64,000 nt of DNA from Candidatus Yaniella excrementavium (GTDB taxonomy: Bacteria; Actinomycetota; Actinomycetes; Actinomycetales; Micrococcaceae). A model generated the notes under the pieces. That model searched no databases, was not told the origin of the DNA, and saw only the letters and a program-made list of their open reading frames with translations. The DNA is taken from positions 26,057-90,056 of the forward strand of contig DXCT01000005.1 of the NCBI GenBank assembly GCA_019115865.1, in the 5' to 3' direction. Positions 1 to 9,877 of this stretch are shown piece by piece. Position 1 is the first letter of the stretch. Every line of letters starts with the position of its first letter. Position numbers and translations under genes: made by a program.

Positions 1-1
1 G

Positions 2-373
2 GACAACCTGTTTGGATATGTCGTAGATATCCTAGCGATCCTTGGGGTTGGAGTTGTCCTTGGGTTGATGGCGTTTGGTTTCTTTGGGATCCGGGTGGGT
101 CTCATTGTCGCCATTGTGTCAGTGCTTATCACAGCACCATTTGGTTTCGGAGTCCTACGTGACTACGAAACACTCAGTGCTTCGTTGATCGCCTACTCCG
201 TCAGCACCCTGGTGTGCTTCTTCATGTCGGTGCGTAGTAAGCAGAATTTCGACTTCGATGTGATTCAGTATCGCACTGGCGACTTCGATCCGACAGAAGA
301 ACAGGAACTCGCCTTGCAAGCAGTTAAGCGCGATAAACAAGACACCTCTGATGACGGTTCAACAGAAAATTAG
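2..373 (+). CDS. C-terminal part of a membrane transporter, probably sodium:solute symporter family (5' truncated by window edge)
   Basis: Frame open from base 2; several hydrophobic helices then an acidic tail; followed by a small single-TM ORF typical of such loci. Confidence 0.55.
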   Translation, partial: DNLFGYVVDILAILGVGVVLGLMAFGFFGIRVGLIVAIVSVLITAPFGFGVLRDYETLSASLIAYSVSTLVCFFMSVRSKQNFDFDVIQYRTGDFDPTEEQELALQAVKRDKQDTSDDGSTEN

Positions 374-402
374 TTCACTCCACTTGAAGCAAGGAGATAG
401 TC

Positions 403-534
403 ATGACAACCTTCTTTCTCACCGTATACGTCCTGATGTGGCCCGCTATCGTCGCGGTAGTGCTCTACGTGATTGCTCACGGCTTTTTCAAAGATTGGAT
501 GCAAGCACGTAAGGATGGCGTGACCTTGGTGTAA
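403..534 (+). CDS. 43-aa single-TM putative transporter small subunit (not in ORF track)
   Basis: RBS AAGGAG at 391-396, ATG 403, TAA 532-534; MTTFFLTVYVLMWPAIVAVVLYVIAHGFFKDWMQARKDGVTLV. Confidence 0.75.
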   Translation: MTTFFLTVYVLMWPAIVAVVLYVIAHGFFKDWMQARKDGVTLV

Positions 535-549
535 CACCGAGTCAAAACA

Positions 550-591
550 AACCTGGGGTCTTCACCGGTTGTCCGGTGAAGACCCCAGGTT
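550..591. terminator. Perfect 19-bp hairpin between convergent genes
   Basis: AACCTGGGGTCTTCACCGG-ttgt-CCGGTGAAGACCCCAGGTT. Confidence 0.75.
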
Positions 592-1815
592 GTTAGTGGA
601 CATCATGTTTGATGGTCCGTGAGGTGTGTGTCCCGGGGGCTCTGCCACTGCATTGGCTACCGCAACAGCGATGCCAGTGGTAATAGGTATTGCTAATACC
701 AATCCAACAGAACCGACAAGGATACGAACAACCTCTTCAACCATCTCTGCTGACATGAGGGTATTGAGCATAGATCGGTCGTACAGCGATACCACGATTA
801 GCATTGGCAAAGCCGCTCCAGCATAAGCAAAGGCAATGGTGTAAACAGTCGACGCAATGTGGTCACGACCAATTCGCATTCCAGCGGCAAAGAGAGCGCG
901 CGGCGAGATAGTTGGTTGTGCGGCTTTAATTTCCCATACAGCCGAGGACTGAGTAATCGTGACATCGTTGAGCACCCCTAGCCCCGCGACCAGTAGGCCC
1001 GTCAACACGATACCGGAGAGCCGTATCTCGGGCACAACGGAGGCAAGCATATAGGAATATTCTTCACCCAGTCCGATCAGATAGGCTGAATCGGATGCCC
1101 AAGCCGCGAGTCCTGCGGTGAGCAATAGACCAATAAAAGTCCCCAGCAGCGCCGTCGTCGTTCGCAGCGAAAAACCGTGTGCAAAATAGAGCACGACCAG
1201 CATGATTAACATGCTGCCGATGAGTCCCACCCAGAAGGGCGGTCCGCCCTCGAGGAGTGCTGGAATCATGAATCCGAAAAGCACGACAAATGATAGGATC
1301 AACCCGCCAATCGCCCGAACTCCTCGCCATCGTGCCACGACGATGACCACCAACGCATACAGGGCCGCTAGCAGACCGACCGGAACCGTCCGTTCAAAGT
1401 CGACAAAGACTCCGGTTTCGGCTAGCTCCTCACCTACAAGAATTTTGACGTTATCGCCGCGCACCACTTCTGCAGACGCCGATACTTGAACAGGAATTTC
1501 TACGTCATAGGTTCCTGAGTCGGTCGCAACCTGGGCGGTCTGACACTCGATGTCGACTTGTACCTCAGTTGGAGTCCCAGTATCCGAAGCACCCTCGCAA
1601 GCATTCGCGGCAACAGATAACACTGATCCTGATTCGACCGCAAAGGTTTCGGTCGTCCCGTACGGATCATCAAGGGAAAGTTCCTGGTGTGCACCGGAGG
1701 GCCAGAGCCAAATCATAGCGGCGACAAGAGCAATGCCTATTGGTACTAGGATACTGACCATCCAGATGATCACCCTGCGTCGTGTGGCAGGAATATTCGA
1801 CGGTACGTTATGCAT
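562..1815 (-). CDS. YibE/F family membrane protein
   Basis: GVLNDVTITQSS, GRDHIASTVYTIAFAYAG and EEVVRILVGS motifs; multi-TM. Confidence 0.85.
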   Translation of the reverse strand: MHNVPSNIPATRRRVIIWMVSILVPIGIALVAAMIWLWPSGAHQELSLDDPYGTTETFAVESGSVLSVAANACEGASDTGTPTEVQVDIECQTAQVATDSGTYDVEIPVQVSASAEVVRGDNVKILVGEELAETGVFVDFERTVPVGLLAALYALVVIVVARWRGVRAIGGLILSFVVLFGFMIPALLEGGPPFWVGLIGSMLIMLVVLYFAHGFSLRTTTALLGTFIGLLLTAGLAAWASDSAYLIGLGEEYSYMLASVVPEIRLSGIVLTGLLVAGLGVLNDVTITQSSAVWEIKAAQPTISPRALFAAGMRIGRDHIASTVYTIAFAYAGAALPMLIVVSLYDRSMLNTLMSAEMVEEVVRILVGSVGLVLAIPITTGIAVAVANAVAEPPGHTPHGPSNMMSTNNLGSSPDNR

Positions 1816-2674
1816 GTGGTGAAACGTCAGTCGCCCAAATGGTGGATTCGTGTTCGATAATGGCGGTATCAGATTCCACCGCTGACTCGATCAACGGATT
1901 CAAGACCGCGGTAGAGTTGTCAATTTCAATGGCTAGGCTGCTCTCTGCACCAGCGGTGGCTAACAGCGCACGGATGTGCTCGGTCGGATCCAAATGCTTG
2001 GGATCGTGTCCAATAAACAGCTCAACCACATTCGGCACTGGGCCAGGATAAGCAATGGCAAAGGCAGCAATGCCATGTTCCGAACGCGTGATCAGCGCTT
2101 GTTGCGCACCCGTTTGTGGGGCAAGCAGCAACTGCTGTGCTTGTGTCAGCGTGATATCAGAAGGATCCCATGCATGGGATGCGTTGTAATATTCAGCGAC
2201 GACCTTCGAGAGTTCCACAGAACCTGTTGCTAGCGGTTGGACTTCGATGTCTACTGCTTCAAATGACTTCGAAGCTACGATGATGCGCTGTGTATGCTGC
2301 ACTGGGGCAAAGCCGTGGTTGGTCAACCAGTTGGCCGTCGCCTCATCTGTTGCAGCCGAGCGCGTTTTGAGTTCAGTGTTGTCCGGTGCCCGTTCGAGCA
2401 GTTGCTGCAGTAATGCAGTGGCGATGCCACGCTGGCGTTGCAGCGGAGCAGTTTCGATATAACACCACATCCGTTGTGGATGGAGAGTTTGTGCTCGGAG
2501 TGCTCCGGCTGCAACGGGGATATCCTCGTCGACGGCTACCATGCCCACGCCGAAAGGCTCCTGTGTTGAGGGACCTAACATGGCGCGGTCATAGTGGTGC
2601 TGCGCGTTGGTTGGATCCGAAAAGATCTCCAGTAAACGTAAGTCGTCTCCGTCGTGCCACTCGCGGAATTCCAA
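1808..2674 (-). CDS. GNAT family N-acetyltransferase
   Basis: Acetyl-CoA motif QRQRGIATALL; abuts glyQS stop. Confidence 0.75.
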   Translation of the reverse strand: MEFREWHDGDDLRLLEIFSDPTNAQHHYDRAMLGPSTQEPFGVGMVAVDEDIPVAAGALRAQTLHPQRMWCYIETAPLQRQRGIATALLQQLLERAPDNTELKTRSAATDEATANWLTNHGFAPVQHTQRIIVASKSFEAVDIEVQPLATGSVELSKVVAEYYNASHAWDPSDITLTQAQQLLLAPQTGAQQALITRSEHGIAAFAIAYPGPVPNVVELFIGHDPKHLDPTEHIRALLATAGAESSLAIEIDNSTAVLNPLIESAVESDTAIIEHESTIWATDVSPHA

Positions 2675-4051
2675 TTAGACTCCCAGGTTTTGCGATAGGT
2701 AGCTTTCAACCTTATCGAGTGAGACGCGCTCTTGCGCCATGGTGTCACGATCGCGGATTGTCACGGCGTTGTCGTCAAGCGAATCGAAGTCGAAGGTCAC
2801 GCAGTAGGGTGTACCGATCTCATCATGACGACGGTATCGACGGCCAATAGCACCGGCGTCGTCGTAGTCAACGTTCCAGCGTTTTCGCAGATCAGCAGCA
2901 AGTTTACCGGCAGGCTCTGCCAGTTCTGCCTTCTTGGACAGCGGGAGTACAGCAGCTTTTACCGGAGCCAAACGGGGATCCAGGCGCAGTACTGTACGGG
3001 TATCGACACCACCCTTGGAGTTTGGGGCCTCGTCTTCGGAGTATGCATCAACGAGGAAGGCCATCAGCGAGCGTGTCAGTCCCCACGATGGTTCGATCAC
3101 ATATGGCGTGTATCGTTCGCCGGAGGCTTGGTCGAAGTATTGCATCTTGGTGCCCGAGCCTTCGGTGTGATTCGTGAGGTCAAAATCTCCACGGTTGGCG
3201 ATGCCCATGAGTTCTCCCCAGTCACCTCCGGCGAATCCGAATTTGTATTCGAGGTCGATCGTTACCGAGGAGTAGTGTGCCCGTTCGCCGTCTGGCACAT
3301 TATACTGACGCAGATTTTCGGGGTTAATGCCAAGGTCAAAGAACCAGTCTTGTGCTTGATTGACCCATGTGTCGAACCAGGTGTCAGCCTCAGCGGGTGG
3401 AATAAAGAACTGGATTTCCATCTGCTCGAATTCACGGGTGCGGAAGATAAAGTTGCCGGGGGTGATTTCGTTACGGAAGGCTTTTCCAATCTGGCCGATG
3501 CCAAACGGTGGCTTCTTGCGTGAGGTATTCACTACATTCAAGAAGTTGAGATACATACCTTGCGCGGTTTCTGGCCTCAGGTAGTGCAGGCCATCGTCAT
3601 CGGCTACCGGGCCAAGGAACGTGCGGATAAGACCGGAGAAAGTGCGTGCTTCGGTCATTTTGCCTCGGGTGCCACAGTTCGGGCAGACAAGCTCCTCGCG
3701 TGCCGGAGCACGGCCGTGCTTGGCTTCGAAAGCTTCAATCAAATGATCGTCGCGGTGGCGATGATTACATGCGGTGCACTCGGCCAATGGGTCGACGAAC
3801 GTTTCGACGTGGCCGGATGCTTCCCAGACCTTGCGGGGCAGGATAATGGATGAGTCCAGACCGACCATGTCACCGCGACCTCGAACAAAGTTGTTCCACC
3901 ACTGAGACTTGATGTTTTCCTTGAGTTCGACGCCGAGTGGACCGTAGTCCCATGCTGAGCGTGAACCGCCATAAATCTCACCGGCCTGGAAGACGAATCC
4001 GCGGCGTTTTGCCAGGTTAATGACCTGGTCGAGAGTGGACGGTTGTGCCAT
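2675..4051 (-). CDS. glyQS: Glycine--tRNA ligase (alpha2 type)
   Basis: [44 protein letters not shown], anticodon domain [12 protein letters not shown]; start placed at ATG 4051 after GGAAAG. Confidence 0.96.
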   Translation of the reverse strand: MAQPSTLDQVINLAKRRGFVFQAGEIYGGSRSAWDYGPLGVELKENIKSQWWNNFVRGRGDMVGLDSSIILPRKVWEASGHVETFVDPLAECTACNHRHRDDHLIEAFEAKHGRAPAREELVCPNCGTRGKMTEARTFSGLIRTFLGPVADDDGLHYLRPETAQGMYLNFLNVVNTSRKKPPFGIGQIGKAFRNEITPGNFIFRTREFEQMEIQFFIPPAEADTWFDTWVNQAQDWFFDLGINPENLRQYNVPDGERAHYSSVTIDLEYKFGFAGGDWGELMGIANRGDFDLTNHTEGSGTKMQYFDQASGERYTPYVIEPSWGLTRSLMAFLVDAYSEDEAPNSKGGVDTRTVLRLDPRLAPVKAAVLPLSKKAELAEPAGKLAADLRKRWNVDYDDAGAIGRRYRRHDEIGTPYCVTFDFDSLDDNAVTIRDRDTMAQERVSLDKVESYLSQNLGV

Positions 4052-4164
4052 GGAGCTATCACTTTCCATTATCGAAAATTACACTTTGGTTGTGCGGTCT
4101 TGGGTAGACCTGCAACTAGTTTAGATTAGTCGATTCTTTCGCGCTTGTGGGTGACAATGGAAGT

Positions 4165-4395
4165 ATGAGTACCAATAGCGAAACACTTGTGATCCGTGAA
4201 GACATGATCCGCCTTGGTCAGGCGTTGAAGTTAGCCAATGTAGTAGAAGATGGCGTCGATGCCCGAAATGTCATTACTGCCGGAGAGGTTCAGGTCAACG
4301 GGGAAACGGAAATGCGCCGAGGGCGCCAACTTTTTGCTGACGACGTGATCACTCTTTCTGAGCTTGATCTCGATGTCGTTATCGAGACCGAGTAA
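4165..4395 (+). CDS. S4-like RNA-binding protein (YbcJ/YaaA family)
   Basis: IRLGQALKLAN...GEVQVNGETEMRRGRQL; probable leaderless start. Confidence 0.88.
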   Translation: MSTNSETLVIREDMIRLGQALKLANVVEDGVDARNVITAGEVQVNGETEMRRGRQLFADDVITLSELDLDVVIETE

Positions 4396-4417
4396 TCCCT
4401 GATGTTTGTGTGATCGG

Positions 4418-5053
4418 CTACATCTGCCCGTTCAGGAACGCCATAAAGTGCGCAATTTCCTGCGGGTGGATGCCATGACCGATCCCGTTATAGGTACGTT
4501 CTTCGAGCTTGACACGTGGACGGAGCCAGGCACCGGTTTCTGCGATCCGATCGGAGGCGACGATTGGATCACCCGGATCGTACCCCCAAAAGAAAGGCTG
4601 CTGCGTTTCGGCAATCTGGTCATCCTGGAACAAGGATTGCAGTTCAGGGGTCCTAGTAGCATCGACCACGAAACCCGACAGACCGATAATTGTCGCGTAT
4701 GCTCCCGGCCGCATGCGCATCAAGGATGTTGCCATGGCCATACCCTGAGAGAAGCCAAGCAGCGACACACTGCGATAATCCGCTGCTACAGATTGCACCC
4801 AATCATCGAGCTGCTTAGTAGGAGTAACAATGTCTTGGCCATCGGCCTCTAGCTCGGTCGAGATGGGGAACCAACAGTAACCACCAAAATGTTCCGGCAG
4901 CTTTTGGGGTGCTTGCACGCTAGCGATCGTGTACCGGTCATCGAAGGCATTCCCCAGTGGCAGGAGGTCATTTTCGTCTGCTCCGAAGCCGTGGAGAAAA
5001 ACGACAAGATCTGACTCTGGACGGGGTATTTCGTGTGACCAGCGAACGTGCAT
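4418..5053 (-). CDS. Alpha/beta hydrolase (phospholipase/carboxylesterase family)
   Basis: FLHGFGA, GFSQG nucleophile elbow, DP acid, GHGI His. Confidence 0.88.
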   Translation of the reverse strand: MHVRWSHEIPRPESDLVVFLHGFGADENDLLPLGNAFDDRYTIASVQAPQKLPEHFGGYCWFPISTELEADGQDIVTPTKQLDDWVQSVAADYRSVSLLGFSQGMAMATSLMRMRPGAYATIIGLSGFVVDATRTPELQSLFQDDQIAETQQPFFWGYDPGDPIVASDRIAETGAWLRPRVKLEERTYNGIGHGIHPQEIAHFMAFLNGQM

Positions 5054-5060
5054 GCTTATT

Positions 5061-6191
5061 TCAGAGTCCTAACGTTTCGATCATGGCATCGGCTACCTGG
5101 TGTAGATCTGTCAAGAACCCGTCATGTCCGATGGGTGAATCAATCATGTGCACCGGAGTGTTGGGTCCGAAGTCAGCCGCTAATTGGTAGCTCTGTTCTG
5201 GAAAGTACAGCCTATCGGAGTTCACTGCCACAATGAATGGTGTTGCAGTAATCTGGGCCACAGCAGCGGCCTGGCCTCCGCGTCCACGTCCGACATCATG
5301 AGACATTAAGGCCTCTGTCAGCGCGATATACGAGTTGGCATCAAACCGAACCGCCAGATCCTTGGCTTTGTAGTCCAGGTAGGACTCGACTTGATACCGT
5401 CCGTTTCTGTTTGCATCCGGTGAGCTCAGCGGGTTTTCCTCATACTGAAACTCCCGCCCAAAACGAGCATTCAGTTCCGCTTCGGAACGATAGTTAATGT
5501 GGGCGATACGACGCGCTATCCCAAGCCCCTGCACTGGAGCGGGGCCGTCGTAGTAATCACCGTCGTTGAAGTTTGGGTCCAAGCGGATCGCTTCAACCTG
5601 TGCCTGAGCAAACGCAATCTGCTCTGCTGTGGAGTGGCCACCACATGCGATCACACCCACGCCCGCCACACGCTCTGGATACATAGCGGCCCATTCAAGT
5701 GCGCGTCCGCCGCCCATGGATCCCCCGATTACCGCATGGAATCGTTCGATTCCCAAGATATCGGCAAGTCTTGCTTCGGCGTTAACGGCGTCCCGCAGCG
5801 TAACAAAGGGGAACCGCGCACCGTAAGGTTGCTGGTCCTCGGCTAATGCTGGAGGGCCCGTCGATCCGTAGCAACCACCTATCATGTTGGTTGCTACGAC
5901 AAACCATGTATCAGTATCGATGGGTTTACCCGGACCGACGAGATATTCCCACCAACCTGGTTCAGGTAGTTGTTTGGACGAGGCCACGTGGCTGTCGCCG
6001 GTTAACGCGTGTTGGATAAGTACCGCGTTGGTTTTGTCGGCGTTCAGACTGCCCCATGTTTCATATGCGACCTCGACATGTGGCAAATATCCACCGGTTT
6101 CAAAATGTAACTCCCCGATAGCTACTGACTTGAGGGCAGATCCTGCCGCATAGATTGCCGGGTCGGTCACCGATTCCAGATCCAATGACAT
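5061..6191 (-). CDS. metX: Homoserine O-acetyltransferase
   Basis: HALTGDSH, GGSMGG, GHDGFL; downstream of metY. Confidence 0.93.
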   Translation of the reverse strand: MSLDLESVTDPAIYAAGSALKSVAIGELHFETGGYLPHVEVAYETWGSLNADKTNAVLIQHALTGDSHVASSKQLPEPGWWEYLVGPGKPIDTDTWFVVATNMIGGCYGSTGPPALAEDQQPYGARFPFVTLRDAVNAEARLADILGIERFHAVIGGSMGGGRALEWAAMYPERVAGVGVIACGGHSTAEQIAFAQAQVEAIRLDPNFNDGDYYDGPAPVQGLGIARRIAHINYRSEAELNARFGREFQYEENPLSSPDANRNGRYQVESYLDYKAKDLAVRFDANSYIALTEALMSHDVGRGRGGQAAAVAQITATPFIVAVNSDRLYFPEQSYQLAADFGPNTPVHMIDSPIGHDGFLTDLHQVADAMIETLGL

Positions 6192-6207
6192 GACCTTTCA
6201 CTCCTTG

Positions 6208-7545
6208 CTAAACAGCTGCAGCGGCATCGAAACCGGATTGCAGGTCGTCCAAAATGTCTGTGATATCTTCCAGGCCCACCGAGAGTCGGACCAGCCCGGG
6301 GTTGACCCCCGCGGCCAGCTGTTCAGCTTCAGAAAGTTGAGCGTGGGTGGTGGTAGCAGGATGCACAACGAGAGAGCGTACGTCTCCGAGGTTTGCCACG
6401 AGTTTGTGCAGCGTCAGCGACTCGGCAAACTTTTGACCTGCGTCCTTGCCACCAACGATATTAAAAGCGACGATGCCGGAAGTACCGTTTGGTAGCAACT
6501 GCTGGGCACGTTCGTAATAGGGCGAGGACTTCAAACCGGCGTACTGCACGGTTTCAACTTGTGGATGCGCCTCGAGCCATTCTGCAACGCGCTGGGCGTT
6601 TTCTATGTGACGTTCCATTCGCAATGACAGCGTCTCTAACCCTAAGTTCAATAGGAACGAGTTGAATGGTGCGGCGGTGTTGCCTAAATCGCGCAATAGT
6701 TGCGTGCGGATGCGCAGAATATAGGAGAGGTTGGCGCCCAGTGGGCCGTTAGGACCGAAGTCAGTGCCGAAAACCACGCCGTGGTAGGACTCGTCTGGTT
6801 CATTGAACCAGGGGAATTTTTGCGGATTTGCTGTCCAGTCGAAGTTGCCAGAATCGACAATCACTCCCCCCACTCCGGCAGCATGGCCGCTGAGATACTT
6901 CGTCGTGGAGTGCACAGTGATATCTGCTCCGTACTCGAATGGACGAAATACCGTTGGTGGAGTCAGCGTTGAGTCGATGATGAGCGGAACTCCGGCATCA
7001 TGGGCCACGTCTGCTACTGCTTGCACATCTAGTACATCCGCTTTTGGATTACCTAAGACTTCAGCAAACACCGCCTTGGTGTTTGGTTTGATGGCGTTAC
7101 GCCACGCGTCCAGGTCTCCTGGATCCTGTACAAAGATAGTTTCGATGCCAAGCCGCGGCAATGTGTGCTTGAACAGGTTCTGCGTACCGCCATACAACGA
7201 GGTAGATACGACAACAGAATCGCCAGCACCAGCAACGTTCAGCACACTCAGGGTGGTTGCCGATTGTCCCGAGGACAGCAGAACTGCACCAACGCCACCC
7301 TCCAACGCTGCAATCTTGTTTTCGACAGCATCATTTGTGGGGTTGGTAAGCCGCGAATAGATGGGGCCCAGTTCAGACAAGCCAAATCGCCCAGCTGCGG
7401 TAGCCGTGTCAGGAAAGTTGAAGCTGGTTGACTGATAGATAGGCAGTTGCGTTGCCCCAAAATCAGTATCTTCGACCATTCCGGCATGAATCTGACGCGT
7501 GGTCAGACCCCAAGTGGACTGGTCGGCGATATCACGTTGTGTCAC
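6208..7545 (-). CDS. metY: O-acetylhomoserine aminocarboxypropyltransferase (sulfhydrylase)
   Basis: PIYQSTSF, YSRLTNPT, PLP lysine in HSTTKY, NLGDVRSLVVHPATTTH. Confidence 0.93.
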   Translation of the reverse strand: MTQRDIADQSTWGLTTRQIHAGMVEDTDFGATQLPIYQSTSFNFPDTATAAGRFGLSELGPIYSRLTNPTNDAVENKIAALEGGVGAVLLSSGQSATTLSVLNVAGAGDSVVVSTSLYGGTQNLFKHTLPRLGIETIFVQDPGDLDAWRNAIKPNTKAVFAEVLGNPKADVLDVQAVADVAHDAGVPLIIDSTLTPPTVFRPFEYGADITVHSTTKYLSGHAAGVGGVIVDSGNFDWTANPQKFPWFNEPDESYHGVVFGTDFGPNGPLGANLSYILRIRTQLLRDLGNTAAPFNSFLLNLGLETLSLRMERHIENAQRVAEWLEAHPQVETVQYAGLKSSPYYERAQQLLPNGTSGIVAFNIVGGKDAGQKFAESLTLHKLVANLGDVRSLVVHPATTTHAQLSEAEQLAAGVNPGLVRLSVGLEDITDILDDLQSGFDAAAAV

Positions 7546-7623
7546 TGCAAAGACTCCTTCTGAATTTCAAGGGGCCTTTCAACGCTACGTCTACCGCGCA
7601 GGTTACATGACGTGCGCGAAGAC

Positions 7624-7732
7624 CCGCGCTTGTCTCAATTTGCCATGAGACCTGGTCCTCACCCGGGGCACCCCACCGCGGAGGAGGGTTGCCGGTCAGT
7701 AAGCCGGGGCATTTCTACTGACACTCGTGACC
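7624..7732 (-). ncRNA. SAM-IV class riboswitch upstream of metY-metX
   Basis: Minus strand reads GGTCACGAGTGTCAG...GCCCCGGCTTACTGACCGGCAACCCTCCTCCGCGGTGGGGTGCCCCGGGTGAGGACCAGG...CAAGCGCGG, matching the actinobacterial SAM-IV pattern; sits 5' of Met genes. Confidence 0.9.
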
Positions 7733-7877
7733 AATACCCACTACTATGCCAGAAAATGCGCCGAATGGCGACTTGATTCCGACCCGTGCGGGCTCGCTGT
7801 CCAAATTTAAGCCGACAGCAACGAATTGACGATTTTGAACCCTGCAAAAGCTGGATTAGTCGTTGTAGTGTTGATGC

Positions 7878-8972
7878 ATGGAACAACTCGGATACTTTGA
7901 TGACATCACAGCTGATGACCTGAAGGCGATGGCCGCAGCCACAGGCCCAAAGGTCACGATATATCTGCCCACTGCCCCTCCACAACATCAGCCTCAGGAC
8001 ACGGCTACGCGTGTCAAATCGTTGGTGAATGAAGCTCGTCGCAAACTCGTCAATGCGGGTGTACCAGAATCAGACGCCAAAGACATGATGGCGTCCTTTG
8101 ATGCGATAGCCACCGACGCCCCCTTCCTACGTCAGCAGGGAGAATCACTTGCCCTGTATGCCGCTAAAGGACTCAACCTGGTCTATCGCTTGGGCGTACC
8201 GGTCTCCGAGTACACCAACGTTGCCGAACACTTCGTACTTCGCCCTATTTCAGAAGCCCTGACTAAATCTCACGCGTTCTATATTCTCGGTGTTTCGCAG
8301 AACAAGGTTCGCCTACTCGACGCCACCAAAGATTCCGTCGTCCAATTAGACCTGCAAGACATCGTTCCAGAATCATTCGAAGACGTCACCAACACGGACG
8401 ATCGCCAGGCAACATTACAAAACCGCTCCGTTGGCAGCAATGGCACGATGTTCCATGGTCATGGCGGCATCGCTGACAGCCAGGATGCTGAAGTATCTCG
8501 CTACCTCCACAAAGTTGGAGACTCCCTCGGTGATCTCCTAGGCCGCGCTCGTTCCCAGCCGATGGTCCTGGCTGGGGTCGCAGAAAATGTGTCTGCCCTG
8601 AAGACCACGTCCTCCTACCCCGTTGTAGCTGAGGATTTCATCTCGGGGAACCCGGATTCTGTCTCGAATCGCGAACTCCAAAAGTCTGGTTGGCAAGTTG
8701 TGCGTCCACACTTCGCCGCCAACGACGACGCTGCATTCGGTCGCTTCGCCGATGTCTCCGGCACCGGCCTTGGAGAAACCCAACCGGATCTCATTCGTGA
8801 AGCAGCCGAGGCTGGGCGTATCGACACCCTGTTTATCAACCCGTCGCTTAATGCCTCCGACGGCACAGGCGACGTCAATACAGCAATTCTGCATACCAAA
8901 CTCAATTCAGGCGATATCGTCATCATTTCTGATGGACGTGTTGAAAACGTTGCTGCACTCATGCGCTACTAA
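7878..8972 (+). CDS. Bacterial archaeo-eukaryotic release factor-like (baeRF/Balon-like) protein
   Basis: N-terminal TIYLPT, FYILGVSQNKVRLL, FHGHGG loop, PMVLAG, GNPD, AAEAGRIDTLFI; family layout recognised by eye. Confidence 0.72.
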   Translation: MEQLGYFDDITADDLKAMAAATGPKVTIYLPTAPPQHQPQDTATRVKSLVNEARRKLVNAGVPESDAKDMMASFDAIATDAPFLRQQGESLALYAAKGLNLVYRLGVPVSEYTNVAEHFVLRPISEALTKSHAFYILGVSQNKVRLLDATKDSVVQLDLQDIVPESFEDVTNTDDRQATLQNRSVGSNGTMFHGHGGIADSQDAEVSRYLHKVGDSLGDLLGRARSQPMVLAGVAENVSALKTTSSYPVVAEDFISGNPDSVSNRELQKSGWQVVRPHFAANDDAAFGRFADVSGTGLGETQPDLIREAAEAGRIDTLFINPSLNASDGTGDVNTAILHTKLNSGDIVIISDGRVENVAALMRY

Positions 8973-8986
8973 AGACACCACATCCT

Positions 8987-9029
8987 AAGCGTGCCCCTCG
9001 GGTTTGAAACCGAGGGGCACGCTTCTTTC
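8987..9029 (+). terminator. Rho-independent terminator
   Basis: AAGCGTGCCCCTCGG / CCGAGGGGCACGCTT stem then CTTTC. Confidence 0.75.
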
Positions 9030-9113
9030 GGCCTGCTTCACAAAAGTGTGGCTTTAGCCTCTTTTCGTGACTTATTTCATTTCCAAGTACTGAAGCGTGA
9101 AAAACTATTGACT

Positions 9114-9758
9114 ATGCGCTTGGATCATGTTTCTTATGCTGTAGGTCCCGAAGGACTCGTTGCTACCGCTGACAAAGTTGCTCAGCAACTCGGTATCGAC
9201 TGGGTCAATGGTGGTATCCACCCGCGCTTTGGGACACGTAACGTCTTTTTCCCGATGAAAAACCGACAATATTTCGAAATTGTTGAAGTCCTCGAACACC
9301 CAGCAGCTGAAAAGGCACCGTTTGGGCAGGCCGTTCGAGCCCGCTCGAATATGGGTGGCGGGTGGATGGGCTGGGTTGTGTCTGTAGATGACATGACACC
9401 CTTCGAGGAACGTCTCGATCGTCGCGCCGTACCAGGCGGACGTACCTTCCCCGATGGCCGCACACTCGAATGGGAGCAAATCGGTATCAAAGGCCTGATC
9501 GCCGACCCGCAGGTGCCGTACATCCTGCGCTGGCTCGAGGGAACCGAGGACCTGCACCCTTCACAAGCGGAACCGGCAACCGCCTCGATCGACTCGATCA
9601 CCATTGCTGGGAACCGACCACGCGTACGTGATTGGCTGGGTCTTGGTGATACCGACGAGCTTGTAGACGATCTAAATATCAAGTATGTGGCCCCGTCAGG
9701 GACTCCAGGGATCGCAGAAGTATCGTTCTCAACCCCCAAAGGCGTCGTGACCATCTAA
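9114..9758 (+). CDS. VOC/glyoxalase-like protein
   Basis: MRLDHVSYA, GGIHPRFGTRN, YFEIVE; start moved to ATG 9114. Confidence 0.85.
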   Translation: MRLDHVSYAVGPEGLVATADKVAQQLGIDWVNGGIHPRFGTRNVFFPMKNRQYFEIVEVLEHPAAEKAPFGQAVRARSNMGGGWMGWVVSVDDMTPFEERLDRRAVPGGRTFPDGRTLEWEQIGIKGLIADPQVPYILRWLEGTEDLHPSQAEPATASIDSITIAGNRPRVRDWLGLGDTDELVDDLNIKYVAPSGTPGIAEVSFSTPKGVVTI

Positions 9759-9816
9759 GCAGTTACTCCGCCTGTCACGCTGGTAACAAGGACAATCCGG
9801 CATTGACACAATGCAC

Positions 9817-9857
9817 CACATGCGACCATGACATGTATTTCGTCATGGTCGCATGTG
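9817..9857. terminator. 16-bp hairpin between convergent VOC genes
   Basis: CACATGCGACCATGAC / GTCATGGTCGCATGTG. Confidence 0.7.
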
Positions 9858-9877
9858 TTTACCGTACGGTCTAAGCT

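Noticed and set aside
2732-3523. Long antisense ORFs (e.g. 2732-3523, 55351-56043, 56695-57261)
   Set aside because: They shadow well-conserved genes on the opposite strand, lack motifs, and are expected from GC-biased codon usage
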